Source: an uncultured cyanobacterium
GTDB lineage: Bacteria; Cyanobacteriota; Cyanobacteriia; Leptolyngbyales; Leptolyngbyaceae
Length of the DNA: 64,000 bases
Assembly (NCBI GenBank): GCA_963766075.1
Contig: CAVYAN010000012.1
Coordinates: 1 to 64,000, forward strand
Reading direction: 5' to 3'
The position numbers and the translations under genes are program-made. The notes below the pieces were generated by a model. That model did not search any database. It saw only the letters and a list, made by a program, of their open reading frames with translations, and had not been told where the DNA came from. Positions 1-9,767 of this stretch are shown piece after piece; position 1 is the first letter of the stretch; every line of letters begins with the position of its first letter.

Positions 1-1364
1 CCAAAGCTGGTGGCAATCGTGCCGCGTCGTTCCAGCGTGTCCGCGTCGTACCGCAGCACCCGGGCATTGACGGGAGAGGTGACCAGCAGTTCATTCCGGG
101 CGGCGACCAAGGCCATGCGATCGACCTGTTTATCAGTCAATACCTGCTTCAGCACCCGATTGGACTGGGGATCGTAGGCAATCAGCGCCGTGGTGCGCCG
201 AAAGAAGTTCATGTAGAGGCGCGGCTTGTCGGGACTACGGAACACGTAGCTAGGGCTGAGATCGCTGGTATGCACTACCCGAGCCGTTTTGGGATCGATC
301 ACGACAAAGGGCACACCAATCTGGTAATCGGCTTCCGACGCAATGCTGACCGTTTGGGTGAGGGGATCCCAGGTAATCCAGGAGTCGCCGGGGGAAATCG
401 GTGGCGTGGGAATTTTGGCCAGTAGGGCGAGCGTGGCCCCATCTAGCACGAGCAAGCGTTGGGTGGCTTTGTGGTAGAGGTAGAGTCGGTTGCCCTGGGG
501 ATCGTAGGCAAAGCCTTGGGTGTAGTCGCTGGGCGTTGAGGACAAGCGGGGCGGCTGTTCTGAGGCTGCCAGATTGTAAGCCAGCAGATGCTTCAGCCCG
601 TGCCCGGTGGCGTAGAGCCAGTGGCGATCGCGGCTCAGGGCCAGCATATTGATGTTGCCGCGATCGATAATTTGGACGGCGGGACTGGCATGGAGGCGAT
701 AGCCCAGTTCCACCAATGCCGGGGTATTCAGCATCAGCGCGGCCACGATCGACAGGGTGACCGACGGCAACAGCGAGAGCCAACGGCAGCCCGCCGGGGG
801 CTTGAGCCAATCGCCCAGCAGCCAAAGGCCAAAGGGGCGCGGCAACAGGACTTCTGGAATTCCGGGCATCAGCCCCACGCCCAGGTTAATCCACGTCTGG
901 GTCGGTTGGGCTTGCATTTGTTTCAGCAGCCAGTCTGCGGGCAGGGTATTGAGGGCGAGGAAGCCCGTCAAGCCTAGGGCCAGCAAGCTGGGAGCGCGAC
1001 TGGAAAAGTGCGTGAACAGCAGCAGGAAAAAGGGCAGGGCAATCGCCAAAGGTAACCCATAGCGGAGCTGGGGCGATCGCAGACGCTGGGCCACCCACCC
1101 ACTGCCCGCCAGTACCCCGGTGCTGAGTGCTGCCAGCAGCAGCCGTTCGGGAAAGGTGCTAATGAGGGCGATCGCCCGCTCGGTGAGGCTGCCCACGCCA
1201 ATGATTTGCTCGATCCATTCCAGGCCGTCCTGCCGAAACCCGTAGAGCAGCAGCCCCAATAACGGCCAGCGGAGCAGCACCCAGGCCAGCAGCACCGGGT
1301 GCCGAGGGTGGGGCATCGACGGTGGGGAAAGAGTTTGGGGCGATCGGCCCTGAGCGTTGATCAT
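1..1364 (-). CDS. Membrane protein with C-terminal YncE/YVTN-like beta-propeller (3' end runs off the window)
   Basis: Not in the ORF track because no stop lies in the window. My manual translation from ATG 1364 is open to base 1: MINAQGRSP..., several hydrophobic helices, then blade-like repeats (LALSRDRHWLYATG, GFAYDPQGNRLYLYH, VFRSPDKPRLYMNF, IAYDPQSNRVL). Confidence 0.75.
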   Translation of the reverse strand, partial: MINAQGRSPQTLSPPSMPHPRHPVLLAWVLLRWPLLGLLLYGFRQDGLEWIEQIIGVGSLTERAIALISTFPERLLLAALSTGVLAGSGWVAQRLRSPQLRYGLPLAIALPFFLLLFTHFSSRAPSLLALGLTGFLALNTLPADWLLKQMQAQPTQTWINLGVGLMPGIPEVLLPRPFGLWLLGDWLKPPAGCRWLSLLPSVTLSIVAALMLNTPALVELGYRLHASPAVQIIDRGNINMLALSRDRHWLYATGHGLKHLLAYNLAASEQPPRLSSTPSDYTQGFAYDPQGNRLYLYHKATQRLLVLDGATLALLAKIPTPPISPGDSWITWDPLTQTVSIASEADYQIGVPFVVIDPKTARVVHTSDLSPSYVFRSPDKPRLYMNFFRRTTALIAYDPQSNRVLKQVLTDKQVDRMALVAARNELLVTSPVNARVLRYDADTLERRGTIATSF

Positions 1365-1407
1365 GGCGAGCTTTCCTGGACACAGTAGGTCGAGCTTACG
1401 GGTGAAC

Positions 1408-2733
1408 TTAGGGTGGGTTGTTCCCGGCCAATTGCCAGCGCGCCGCCAGCAACAGACTCAGCAGCAACACTCCACCGATAAAAAAGTGGGATAAGCCAGC
1501 TTGGCCCAGCAGCCAGGGCACCCCAGCGGGCTGGTATAGGGTAACAGGCAGCGAAATCAGCAGCGAAATCAGCAGCAGCAGGGGATGGCCACCGGGGGGA
1601 ATCATCTGGGGATGGCCGAGGCATAGTCCTAGGGGCAAAATCAGCAGCAAGTAGTAGTGGGTCCAGGAAATGGGGCTGATCAAGAGAGCCAGACAGAGCA
1701 CCGTCACCCATTCCAACTCGACCATCGTCCGCGCCGACCCGAGGGATTTCTCGTCCCAGGCCCGCAGTTCGGGGTGCGGCGGGGCACGCCAAAACGTCCA
1801 TACCACGGCCCCCACCAAAGCTGAAAGTAAACCATAGCGCAGCAGCTTAAAGGGGAGGCCCACGGTCATCGGGATCCAGGTATCGGGCTTGCCCCCCAGT
1901 AGCCGTGCCAAAAACCCATCGACGGACTGCACATTAAAGGCGGACAGGGGTTTTCCTGCAAAGGGTTGGATGCATTGGGTGTACCAGGTGCCGTGCAATT
2001 CGGGGCCAAACAGCAGCAGCGAAAGGCCCACAACGGCGACCAGGCCCAGCCCAAAGCCGAAGCAGGTCCGGAGGCGTCCCCGCAGTAAAAAATAGGGGCC
2101 TAGGAGCAAGATGGGAATTTTGATGATGCCCGCGATCGCCACCAGCGCCCCGGCGGCAAGTGCCCACCCCTTGCGCCCGCAGCCCAAGGCGGCAATCAAC
2201 AGCAGCAGGACGTACTGAGTCGTGTTGCCCAAACGCAGGTTGTAGTACACCGGACCACTGGCAATAAACAGCCCCACTAAGGCCCATTGCCGCCAGCCCG
2301 TTACCTGGGTCAACCGGAGCAAGCCCCCGCAGGCCGCTCCGGTGGCCACCACACCCACCGCCGCCATCAGCCCACCCGCCACCGCTGGGGAAAACTGGGC
2401 AAAGGGCGCAAACAGCAGGGCCACAATCGGAATGTTGACGTAGCCGCGGACACAGGCATCGCCGTAGAAGTCATGGGAGCCTTGGAGGATTTGCTGTCCT
2501 GCAAAGTAATAGGCTTTGGTAAAGTCGCCAAAGAGGCGGTAGGGTTCGGGGCCATGCCAGAGCAATAGACCCAGGGCGATCGCTCCTCCCATGTACAGCA
2601 TCCGCCACAGCGGTAATCTGCCAGGGTCCTGCTCTTGGCCCTGTTTCTGGCCCTGGGCCATCCACCAGAGCAGCCCTCCCATGCCGATGACTAAACCGCA
2701 ATACACCAGGTAGATCCGCATCGACACCCTCAC
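1408..2733 (-). CDS. Glycosyltransferase family 87 / DUF2029 (GT-C fold) polytopic membrane protein
   Basis: 441 aa, many TM segments; DF..YY..G motif, 'LRLGN' and 'ISPISWTHY' motifs typical of GT87. Confidence 0.8.
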   Translation of the reverse strand: MRVSMRIYLVYCGLVIGMGGLLWWMAQGQKQGQEQDPGRLPLWRMLYMGGAIALGLLLWHGPEPYRLFGDFTKAYYFAGQQILQGSHDFYGDACVRGYVNIPIVALLFAPFAQFSPAVAGGLMAAVGVVATGAACGGLLRLTQVTGWRQWALVGLFIASGPVYYNLRLGNTTQYVLLLLIAALGCGRKGWALAAGALVAIAGIIKIPILLLGPYFLLRGRLRTCFGFGLGLVAVVGLSLLLFGPELHGTWYTQCIQPFAGKPLSAFNVQSVDGFLARLLGGKPDTWIPMTVGLPFKLLRYGLLSALVGAVVWTFWRAPPHPELRAWDEKSLGSARTMVELEWVTVLCLALLISPISWTHYYLLLILPLGLCLGHPQMIPPGGHPLLLLISLLISLPVTLYQPAGVPWLLGQAGLSHFFIGGVLLLSLLLAARWQLAGNNPP

Positions 2734-2908
2734 TGCTTGTCCAGGCTTCCAGAATCATTGTCTAGGGTGGCTGTATGGTCTGGCTACTGGTAAGCAGATT
2801 GTATTGGTTCACACATGATTCTGCGTGTTTCCTGGAATACCTTATGCAGAAAGGTAAAATCCCCTGCGCCGATGCCTGCGGGGAGTTTTTCGACGATGCG
2901 CAGATGGA

Positions 2909-2935
2909 GCGATCGCTGGATTTGGAGATTGGGTG
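2909..2935. repeat. 27-bp direct repeat, copy 1 (GCGATCGCTGGATTTGGAGATTGGGTG)
   Basis: 26/27 identical to 3504-3530; starts with HIP1. Confidence 0.9.
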
Positions 2936-2966
2936 GGATGAGGGGCAATCGCCGTTATGACGCGCA

Positions 2967-3227
2967 CTACAGCTTATCGAGCAGTTTGTCATATTCTGCA
3001 TGGGTGCCAATCCAAAACCACGAGATGCCACTTTCCACCTCAACACCCAGCGCCCGATACTCTAGCCCAGCCCGAACCGACCAGTACTTTTTACCAATTT
3101 TCTTGAAGTGTAATGAGGGATGAGATGGATCATCTTTGAGTAGCTTGTAGCACTGGTCGGCATTGCGCTGTACGCTGTCAGGTAAGGCATCGTAACATTT
3201 CCAAAATCGCTGTGTCGTGTAATGCAT
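2967..3227 (-). CDS. ParE/RelE-like type II toxin
   Basis: 86 aa, 'HPSLHFKK...WSVR.G..YRALG...WFWIGTHAEYDKL' signature; TAATG overlap with the upstream antitoxin. Confidence 0.85.
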   Translation of the reverse strand: MHYTTQRFWKCYDALPDSVQRNADQCYKLLKDDPSHPSLHFKKIGKKYWSVRAGLEYRALGVEVESGISWFWIGTHAEYDKLLDKL

Positions 3228-3429
3228 TAGAGTTCGTGACAGCGACCTGCCTTAACCTCGGCGATCTGCTTCTTCGGCGAATGCGTCTAACTTTCCTGCT
3301 GCGATGTCTTGTTCCAGTTGTTCATCCCAACGCTGATAATCCGTGTCTAAGAACCACTGCCTAAGTTGCTGGGACTCTTCCTTATGGCAGAGTGAGGATG
3401 GCGGGTTCCATTTGCTCAAGGGTTGACAT
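3227..3429 (-). pseudogene. Small antitoxin, interrupted by two +1 frameshifts (real or sequencing error)
   Basis: Reconstructs to MSTLEQMEPAILTLP/EESQQLRQWFLDTDYQRWDEQLEQDIAAGKLDAFAEEA/IAEVKAGRCHEL*; lesions at about 3383 and 3267. Confidence 0.75.
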
Positions 3430-3503
3430 GTTTTCTACCTCTCTGGCCTTAAGCGAATTATAGCTTTGTGAGAAGAGTAGCAGAGAGATTTAGGTCTCAA
3501 TCG

Positions 3504-3530
3504 GCGATTGCTGGATTTGGAGATTGGGTG
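3504..3530. repeat. 27-bp direct repeat, copy 2 (GCGATTGCTGGATTTGGAGATTGGGTG)
   Basis: Matches 2909-2935 with one mismatch. Confidence 0.9.
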
Positions 3531-3695
3531 AGGAGCGATTGTGTCTGCTGTGTGCTCGTCCAGCGTTAGTGAAGCCATAGCAATCTCAATCTTAGTGCGA
3601 TCTTAGTTAAGGATTGAGAGTGAACATGTTAGGCTTCCTAGAGTCAACCCAATCTATAAGATCGAGTGATCTACTGGCGTTCCCAAAAGTAAGCT

Positions 3696-4933
3696 TCATC
3701 TCGCATACAGGTACTTTGGGGCACCCATATTGTGATGACGCATGAATAGTAGAACTTGCAAGTCGTCAAACCCAGTCAGGTCTACGGTAGTATCTGGTGA
3801 AAAACCCTCCCAGATCGAGCCCGCATTAGTCAAGTAGATTGCGTTGAGTCTTCCACGATGTGCAAGTTCTGATACGGGAATCTCGCCAAACATATTGAGC
3901 TTGTTGACATGCCTCCCGAAATCTTTACTGAATCTAGCCTGGAAAGACAGCCCATTTTTTATCGGGTTGCTCTCTAGATCGTCAAATGCGCCATCGTCAA
4001 ATGCGCCGTCAAAAAATGCGGCATCAAATACGGGATTATCTGAGAAGACGAAGTGCAGGTTGTCTGAGGACATTAAACGCTGCCTGCCCTCAACGAAAGA
4101 CTGCGGGTTCATCCACCTCCTTGGGCGGCGAGCGGAAAACCATGTATTAGCCATACGAAGCACGATGGGTGTGAGCAGCTCTAGGGCATCAGCAACCTTT
4201 TCTCTTTCGGATGCACTGTTAACAGGTGCGAAGTGACGCTCTCCAACTTTTGCATGAAAGAGTGGAAGTCGCGCTTCGTCATAGATGTGCCTGATAATTT
4301 CTTCCACAGCATTATTAGATGTTTCCGGAGGTACTAAATTAGATAGAAAAAGGTCACTAGATGCAGAAGTTAGTGACTGGAGTAACCATTTTCTCTCTCC
4401 GGTCTGCTTAGGATACTTAGAAGAGAGCAAGCTTTCGAGGGCAAGGTACATATTTCGATAGGCATCGTATAGATCATCAGATACTTGCGATAGCCGGTAG
4501 AACCGAAAACCAATGTGATACTCGGGTGTTGGTGTTGCTGGGGGCACAACGTTTCCCTGAGCGTCCTGCACAGTGCAAGTAACCTTTTCCGAATAAGTGC
4601 TAGTACTTACCAGCGCGATAGTGTTTCGCCCGCTTGCTTGCCACCACAGAAGATATTGTGTCTGCATTCCGTGTGATGAGGTCAGCATGTCCAAGCATAG
4701 ATAGAATATCAAGGCATTCCTGGGCGCTGGCACTCCCCTTGTCGTAGGCCATGTCGAACGAGGTTGCTCCAGAGAACCTACAGATCAACATGCGGCGTTG
4801 TTGGTGATGCCATTAACTGGCAGTCACCGTACTGAATACAAACTTCTTCCTCAGGTGGCTTTGCCAAGGGCAGCGCGATGCCTGAATCAAGTCCATCCTC
4901 AAGGTCAAATCTGAGCGTACCGATAGTGGGCAT
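3696..4933 (-). CDS. Hypothetical protein with HEPN-like RxxxxH motif (ApeA/MauJ-like), two frameshifts in the 5' part
   Basis: Three consecutive frames join: MPTIGTLRF..(4933) / LICRFSGA..(4791 ORF) / QYLLWW..(3696 ORF). 'AYRNMYLALESLL' helix followed by 'RLPLFH'. Confidence 0.55.
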
Positions 4934-5061
4934 AGGTCTGATGCCTCATAAATTGTAGTCCTACCTGTTTTGATTCCCCTTATGCGGTTCACTTGAGGCG
5001 AGATGAAAATGTGTCTCCATATCAGCTGAATACCTTGTTGGCTAGAGTTCTCGTCTCGCTT

Positions 5062-5413
5062 CTAACTTTTCAAATCCTCTAAAACACGAGTGATCATCTC
5101 CTGCAATTGTGGAATGTCTTCCTGAACGGCTTTCCAGATAATCTCTACATCCGTATTGAAGTAATCATGAATCAGCTTATCCCGCATCTCTGGGAAAATA
5201 TCTCTCCAGGGGATGCCAGGGTATTGACTTCTGACTGAATCTGGGATTCGCTTGACGGCTTCGCCAATAATTTCAAGCGCCCTTGAAACCGCAAATATAT
5301 TCTCCAAATTCTGTGAGAGCACTGCAAACTCTACGCCTGCCGTAAACCGCTCAATGGCAGCGATCGCATCCAAGAATATCCTGTAAATAATCCTCCAGAT
5401 ATCGCTTGCTCAC
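5062..5413 (-). CDS. hepT: HepT-like (DUF86) HEPN RNase toxin, +1 frameshift near 5372
   Basis: RX4HXY motif RDKLIHDY; true start GTG 5413 (MSKRYLEDYLQDIL) overlaps the mntA stop (GTGA). Confidence 0.85.
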
Positions 5414-5706
5414 AGATAAACAACCTCAGCCAAAATCCGTTCTCCAATGCGGGGCTTCAAACCACCCTTATGCACCAAATCAACCTTGACTCCCAGGCCG
5501 TCGCTGAGATAGTTCTCTAAATTGATAAACTTTAACAAACTGGGTGTTTCCGAAAACTCCACCAACACATCCACATCACTGGTTTCGGTCTGCTCTCGCC
5601 GAACGTAAGAACCAAAAATACCCAGTTCTCTCACCTGGTAGCGCTCCTGCAATGCCGACTTATTTAACAGAAGCCATTCCTTGACTTCCTCCAGTGTTTT
5701 CATCAC
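5410..5706 (-). CDS. mntA: MntA-like minimal nucleotidyltransferase antitoxin
   Basis: GSX10DXD motif: GS-YVRREQTETS-DVD; 98 aa; directly upstream of the DUF86 gene. Confidence 0.9.
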   Translation of the reverse strand: MMKTLEEVKEWLLLNKSALQERYQVRELGIFGSYVRREQTETSDVDVLVEFSETPSLLKFINLENYLSDGLGVKVDLVHKGGLKPRIGERILAEVVYL

Positions 5707-5892
5707 CCCAGTCTCCCCTAAAGTCAGAACGGATGTAACTTACACCTATCTTAACTAGGTTCGCACCCCGTCAAGTCGCCCTATCGCCCCATGGTGATGC
5801 AGGGTCAGACCAATGAAGTTTGGGCAAACGCGATCGCCCATAACCGATCACATGGATTACAGCAGCCAAACCGCGATTGTCCCCACCCCACC

Positions 5893-6957
5893 CTAAGGCA
5901 CCATCGCCACCTTAATCACCTGCCGCTGCTTCATCGCCTCAAACACCTGGGCCAAATCCTTCAAAGGCTGCTCCTGACTAATCAACAAATCAAACGGCAA
6001 CACCCGGCTCGCCAACAAATTCAGCGCCGCACGGACATACCGAGGCGTATTGTGAAACACCCCCTTCAGCGTCAGCTCACTGTAATGCAATAGCTCCGTG
6101 CTCACACTAATCGTCGTATTGCGGGGACAACCCCCAAACAAATTCACCGTCGCCCCAGGCCGTGCACAGGCGATCGCCATTTCCCACACGCTGGGCACCC
6201 CAGTCGCTTCAATCACCACATCAGCCCCCCAGCCATCCGTTAATTGCTTAACCAAACCGGGGACATCCTCACAATGTCGATAGTTAAACGTGCGGGCCGC
6301 CCCCAGCTGCGCCCCCACCTCCAAGCGGTGATCATTCCCCCCGAATAGCAAAACCTCTGCAAACGGCTCGGTCCCCGGCAGTTCCGTCGTCCAATCTCCC
6401 AGCCCCGAAGCCAGCGCCGCCACAAACATCAACCCGATCGCCCCATCCCCCAAAATCACCACGCGATCGCCCCGCCGGACATTAGCGCGCGCCGCCCCAT
6501 GTAACACACAGGCTAAGGGCTCCGTCATGGCCGCCATCGCATCGGACAACCCCGCCGGAATTGGCAATAGATTGTGTTGCACAATCGGTGCCGGAATCCG
6601 CAGGTATTCCGCAAACGTGCCATTATTAAACGTAAGATTCGGACAGAGAGAATATTCTTGCTTTTGGCAGAAAAAGCAGTGCCCACAGGGAGCCGAATTG
6701 TTCGCCACCACGCGATCGCCCACCTGCCACCCCGTTACCCCTGCCCCCAAAGCCACAATTTGCCCCGCCCCCTCATGCCCAAACAACGTCGGAGGCTTCA
6801 GCATTTTGGCATGGCCCCCCCGTCGCCACACCTTCAGATCGGTCCCACAGGTGGTCGCCGCCCCCACTCGCAGCACCACCTCCCCCGGCCCAGGCGTTGG
6901 CTCCGCAACCTGCTCCAAACGCAAATCCTCTTGTCCGTACAGTAATGCCGCTAACAC
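5893..6957 (-). CDS. Zinc-dependent alcohol dehydrogenase (MDR; sorbitol/threonine dehydrogenase-like)
   Basis: CGTD, GHE, structural Zn CGHCFFC...C, GDGAIG Rossmann motif; start probably GTG 6957. Confidence 0.9.
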   Translation of the reverse strand: MLAALLYGQEDLRLEQVAEPTPGPGEVVLRVGAATTCGTDLKVWRRGGHAKMLKPPTLFGHEGAGQIVALGAGVTGWQVGDRVVANNSAPCGHCFFCQKQEYSLCPNLTFNNGTFAEYLRIPAPIVQHNLLPIPAGLSDAMAAMTEPLACVLHGAARANVRRGDRVVILGDGAIGLMFVAALASGLGDWTTELPGTEPFAEVLLFGGNDHRLEVGAQLGAARTFNYRHCEDVPGLVKQLTDGWGADVVIEATGVPSVWEMAIACARPGATVNLFGGCPRNTTISVSTELLHYSELTLKGVFHNTPRYVRAALNLLASRVLPFDLLISQEQPLKDLAQVFEAMKQRQVIKVAMVP

Positions 6958-7195
6958 TGGCCTTGCTCCCACAATTCACCCGATTACAGCCGTCGCCATG
7001 CTGAGCAAAGCAACAACACGTCAGATCGCCTCCATGGCAGCGGCATTTCAACGCTTCACTCCGTCCCAGCGCTCTGACCAAAGCTATCTTACTGGGTATC
7101 GTGGCTCAGAATTAGGGCGATCGCCGAAACCCGTGGCGACTACCCTGTAGTCAGGGAGGAGTAGTCAGACCCTAGCGGCAAACGGACAGATCGCC

Positions 7196-9709
7196 ATGGA
7201 ACCGGCCAAAAATCAACGACCACTGCCAAAATTTCCAAAACTGCCAAAATGGCTAATGCCAGCCTGCCAAACCCTACAGCGGCGCTGGCGCAGAAGCCCT
7301 CTAGGGATAAAAGGACTGGTAATCGCCCTACTTCTGATCCTGTTCGTGCGATTGTTGCCCTATCTGGCCCCCATTCGATTAGCCGATGTCGCCCTCACCA
7401 GTCAGGCCATGGAGTTTCGCGATCGTCATGGCCTGCCCCTGGGCACTATTTTGAGTCGCGATCAAAACCATACCGTGACGGTTCCCCTCGCCCAAGTGTC
7501 TCCCTACTTTGTGCAGGCCATCATTGCCGCCGAGGATGCGCGGTTCTATCATCATGGGGCCATTGATAGCCGTGCGATCGCCCGCGCCATTCTGGAAGCG
7601 ATCCAAGCCCGTCAGGTCGTCAGTGGTGGCTCCACGATCACCATGCAACTCGCCCGCATGCTGGATCCCGCCCCGCCTTCCCTCCCCAACAAACTGCGAG
7701 AAATCTGGACCGCATGGCGATTGACCGCTGGCATGTCCCCCGACCAAATCCTCCAAACCTATATCAATCGCCTTCCCATGGGCGGTAACATCTATGGCAT
7801 AGAAGCCGCTGCACGGATCTACTTTGGCGTTCCCGCCCTAGACCTCACCCTAGCCCAGGCCACCCTGCTGGCCGCCATTCCCAACGATCCCAATCGCCTC
7901 AATCCCTACAGCCATCGGGCCGCCTTAAACCAGCGCCAAATCTACGTGCTCAACCAACTGGTCAAGCAAGGCGTCCTTCGCCGCCCCCAAGCAGACCAGA
8001 TTGTCCAGGAAACCGTCACCTTTCAGCCGCGATCGCAGGGCATCATTGCCGCACCCCACTTCTTGTTTTGGCTCGCCAGTCATTTATCCGCCACCCCCCA
8101 TCTGACAAACCCCATCCAAACCACCCTCGATCTCCCCCTTCAGCAATTCGTTGAAACCCAGGTCCAACAAGTCATCCAAACGCTATCTCGCCAAAATGTC
8201 CACCACGCGGCTGCCCTCGTCATTGATAACCAGTCCCAGAGCGTTTTGGCCTACGTCGGATCCCCTCAATACTTCGCCGCTGGCGCCAACGCCTCCAATA
8301 GCCAAGGCCAGAACGATGGCGTCCAAGCCCTGCGACAACCTGGTTCCACCCTCAAACCCTTTCTGTACCAACTGGCCCTGGAAAACCGCACTATCCGTCC
8401 CAACACCATCTTGGCGGATGTCCCCACCCGTTACGCCATTCCCGGCGCTAAACTCTACAACCCCATCGATTACAGTGAACAGTTTCAAGGCCCGGTGCGT
8501 GTCCGCATTGCCCTAGCCAACTCCCTGAATGTCCCCGCTGTCCGTGTCCTGGAAAAAGTCACCGTTCCTGTCTTTTTGGATCGGCTCCATCACCTTGGCT
8601 TTACCCATCTCACCCACCCGCCGGACTACTACGGGTTAGGACTTACCCTCGGCAGTGGTGAGGTCAGCCTGTGGGAACTCGCCCGCGCCTACCTCACCCT
8701 TGCCCGCCCCGAACATACTCCGACCCTCAAAGTACTTCGGGATAGCCACCTTCAGCTCGCGATCTCCAATCCTCCCGCCGCGCCGCACCGCACTGGCCCC
8801 AATTCAACGGCGGCGTTGATTACCGACATGCTCAGCGATCGCCATGCTCGGTCGCAGTCTTTCGGCGTTGATTCTCTGCTCAGCCTCCCCTTCCCTGCTG
8901 CGGTCAAAACTGGGACTTCCTCCGACTTTCGGGACACGTGGACCGTTGGCTTTACCCGTGACTATACCGTTGCCGTTTGGGTTGGCAATTTCGATGGCGA
9001 TCCGATGCAAAAAGTATCGGGTGTTACGGGAGCAGCCCCGCTGTGGAATCGGATTATGCTACACCTGCACGAAGACCAGGAGCCCCTCCCCTTTAATCCG
9101 CCCAGCGGGTTTGTCCAACGTCCAATCTGTGCCCTATCGGGGGCGCGCCCCGGCCCAGGCTGTGCCGCGATCGCTCAGGAATACCTTGCCCTCGGTGATT
9201 TGGCAGAATATGCTCGCCAGCCCGACCCTTTCTACCCAGCCGGGACTCTACAATTGCCAGCGGAATACGATGAATGGCTGGCAATGCAGACGACCTTAGC
9301 GACCGGAGACTCGCGTATTGCCAATGATCGGGCCTCAGGAGATCGCGTGCAGCCCGATCTCCTGGGGCAAAATCGCATCGTCTCTCCCCGACAAGGTGAC
9401 TTTTTTTACATTGAAGCCCATTCCGACCCAGCCCAAAAACTAGAATTTAAGCTGGCCGCCGCCCCGACCACAATGCTGGAATGGCGACTGAATGGGAAAC
9501 TAGTGGCTACGCAACCCGGCAATTCCTTCTTTTGGACGGCGAAGCCGGGGAGTTGGACCCTACAGGTGCGCCCCGTCAATCACAATTCAACGAATCCTCC
9601 AACGAGTCAGCCGATGCAGGGCGATCAGGTGCAGTTTGAAGTGCAAATCGCTGCCGAAAAATCAACGCGACGGGGCTTTTCCTTGGGCGATCGCCCCAAT
9701 CAGCCCTGA
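7196..9709 (+). CDS. pbpC: Penicillin-binding protein 1C
   Basis: Transglycosylase EDARFY.H.AID and GGSTITMQLAR; transpeptidase STLK, SLN, KTGTS; C-terminal beta domain. Confidence 0.9.
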   Translation: MEPAKNQRPLPKFPKLPKWLMPACQTLQRRWRRSPLGIKGLVIALLLILFVRLLPYLAPIRLADVALTSQAMEFRDRHGLPLGTILSRDQNHTVTVPLAQVSPYFVQAIIAAEDARFYHHGAIDSRAIARAILEAIQARQVVSGGSTITMQLARMLDPAPPSLPNKLREIWTAWRLTAGMSPDQILQTYINRLPMGGNIYGIEAAARIYFGVPALDLTLAQATLLAAIPNDPNRLNPYSHRAALNQRQIYVLNQLVKQGVLRRPQADQIVQETVTFQPRSQGIIAAPHFLFWLASHLSATPHLTNPIQTTLDLPLQQFVETQVQQVIQTLSRQNVHHAAALVIDNQSQSVLAYVGSPQYFAAGANASNSQGQNDGVQALRQPGSTLKPFLYQLALENRTIRPNTILADVPTRYAIPGAKLYNPIDYSEQFQGPVRVRIALANSLNVPAVRVLEKVTVPVFLDRLHHLGFTHLTHPPDYYGLGLTLGSGEVSLWELARAYLTLARPEHTPTLKVLRDSHLQLAISNPPAAPHRTGPNSTAALITDMLSDRHARSQSFGVDSLLSLPFPAAVKTGTSSDFRDTWTVGFTRDYTVAVWVGNFDGDPMQKVSGVTGAAPLWNRIMLHLHEDQEPLPFNPPSGFVQRPICALSGARPGPGCAAIAQEYLALGDLAEYARQPDPFYPAGTLQLPAEYDEWLAMQTTLATGDSRIANDRASGDRVQPDLLGQNRIVSPRQGDFFYIEAHSDPAQKLEFKLAAAPTTMLEWRLNGKLVATQPGNSFFWTAKPGSWTLQVRPVNHNSTNPPTSQPMQGDQVQFEVQIAAEKSTRRGFSLGDRPNQP

Positions 9710-9767
9710 TAAACCGTTCTGATTAGCCATTGTGAACCCATCAGTCCCGATCAAGAGCCAGCTTGTT

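Noticed and set aside
250..1383. Several short minus-strand ORFs suggesting a fragmented gene
   Set aside because: All are off-frame shadows of one uninterrupted frame from 1364 to the window edge.
2762..3123. Short ORFs between GT87 and the toxin
   Set aside because: They overlap the toxin or the direct repeat and have no recognisable features.
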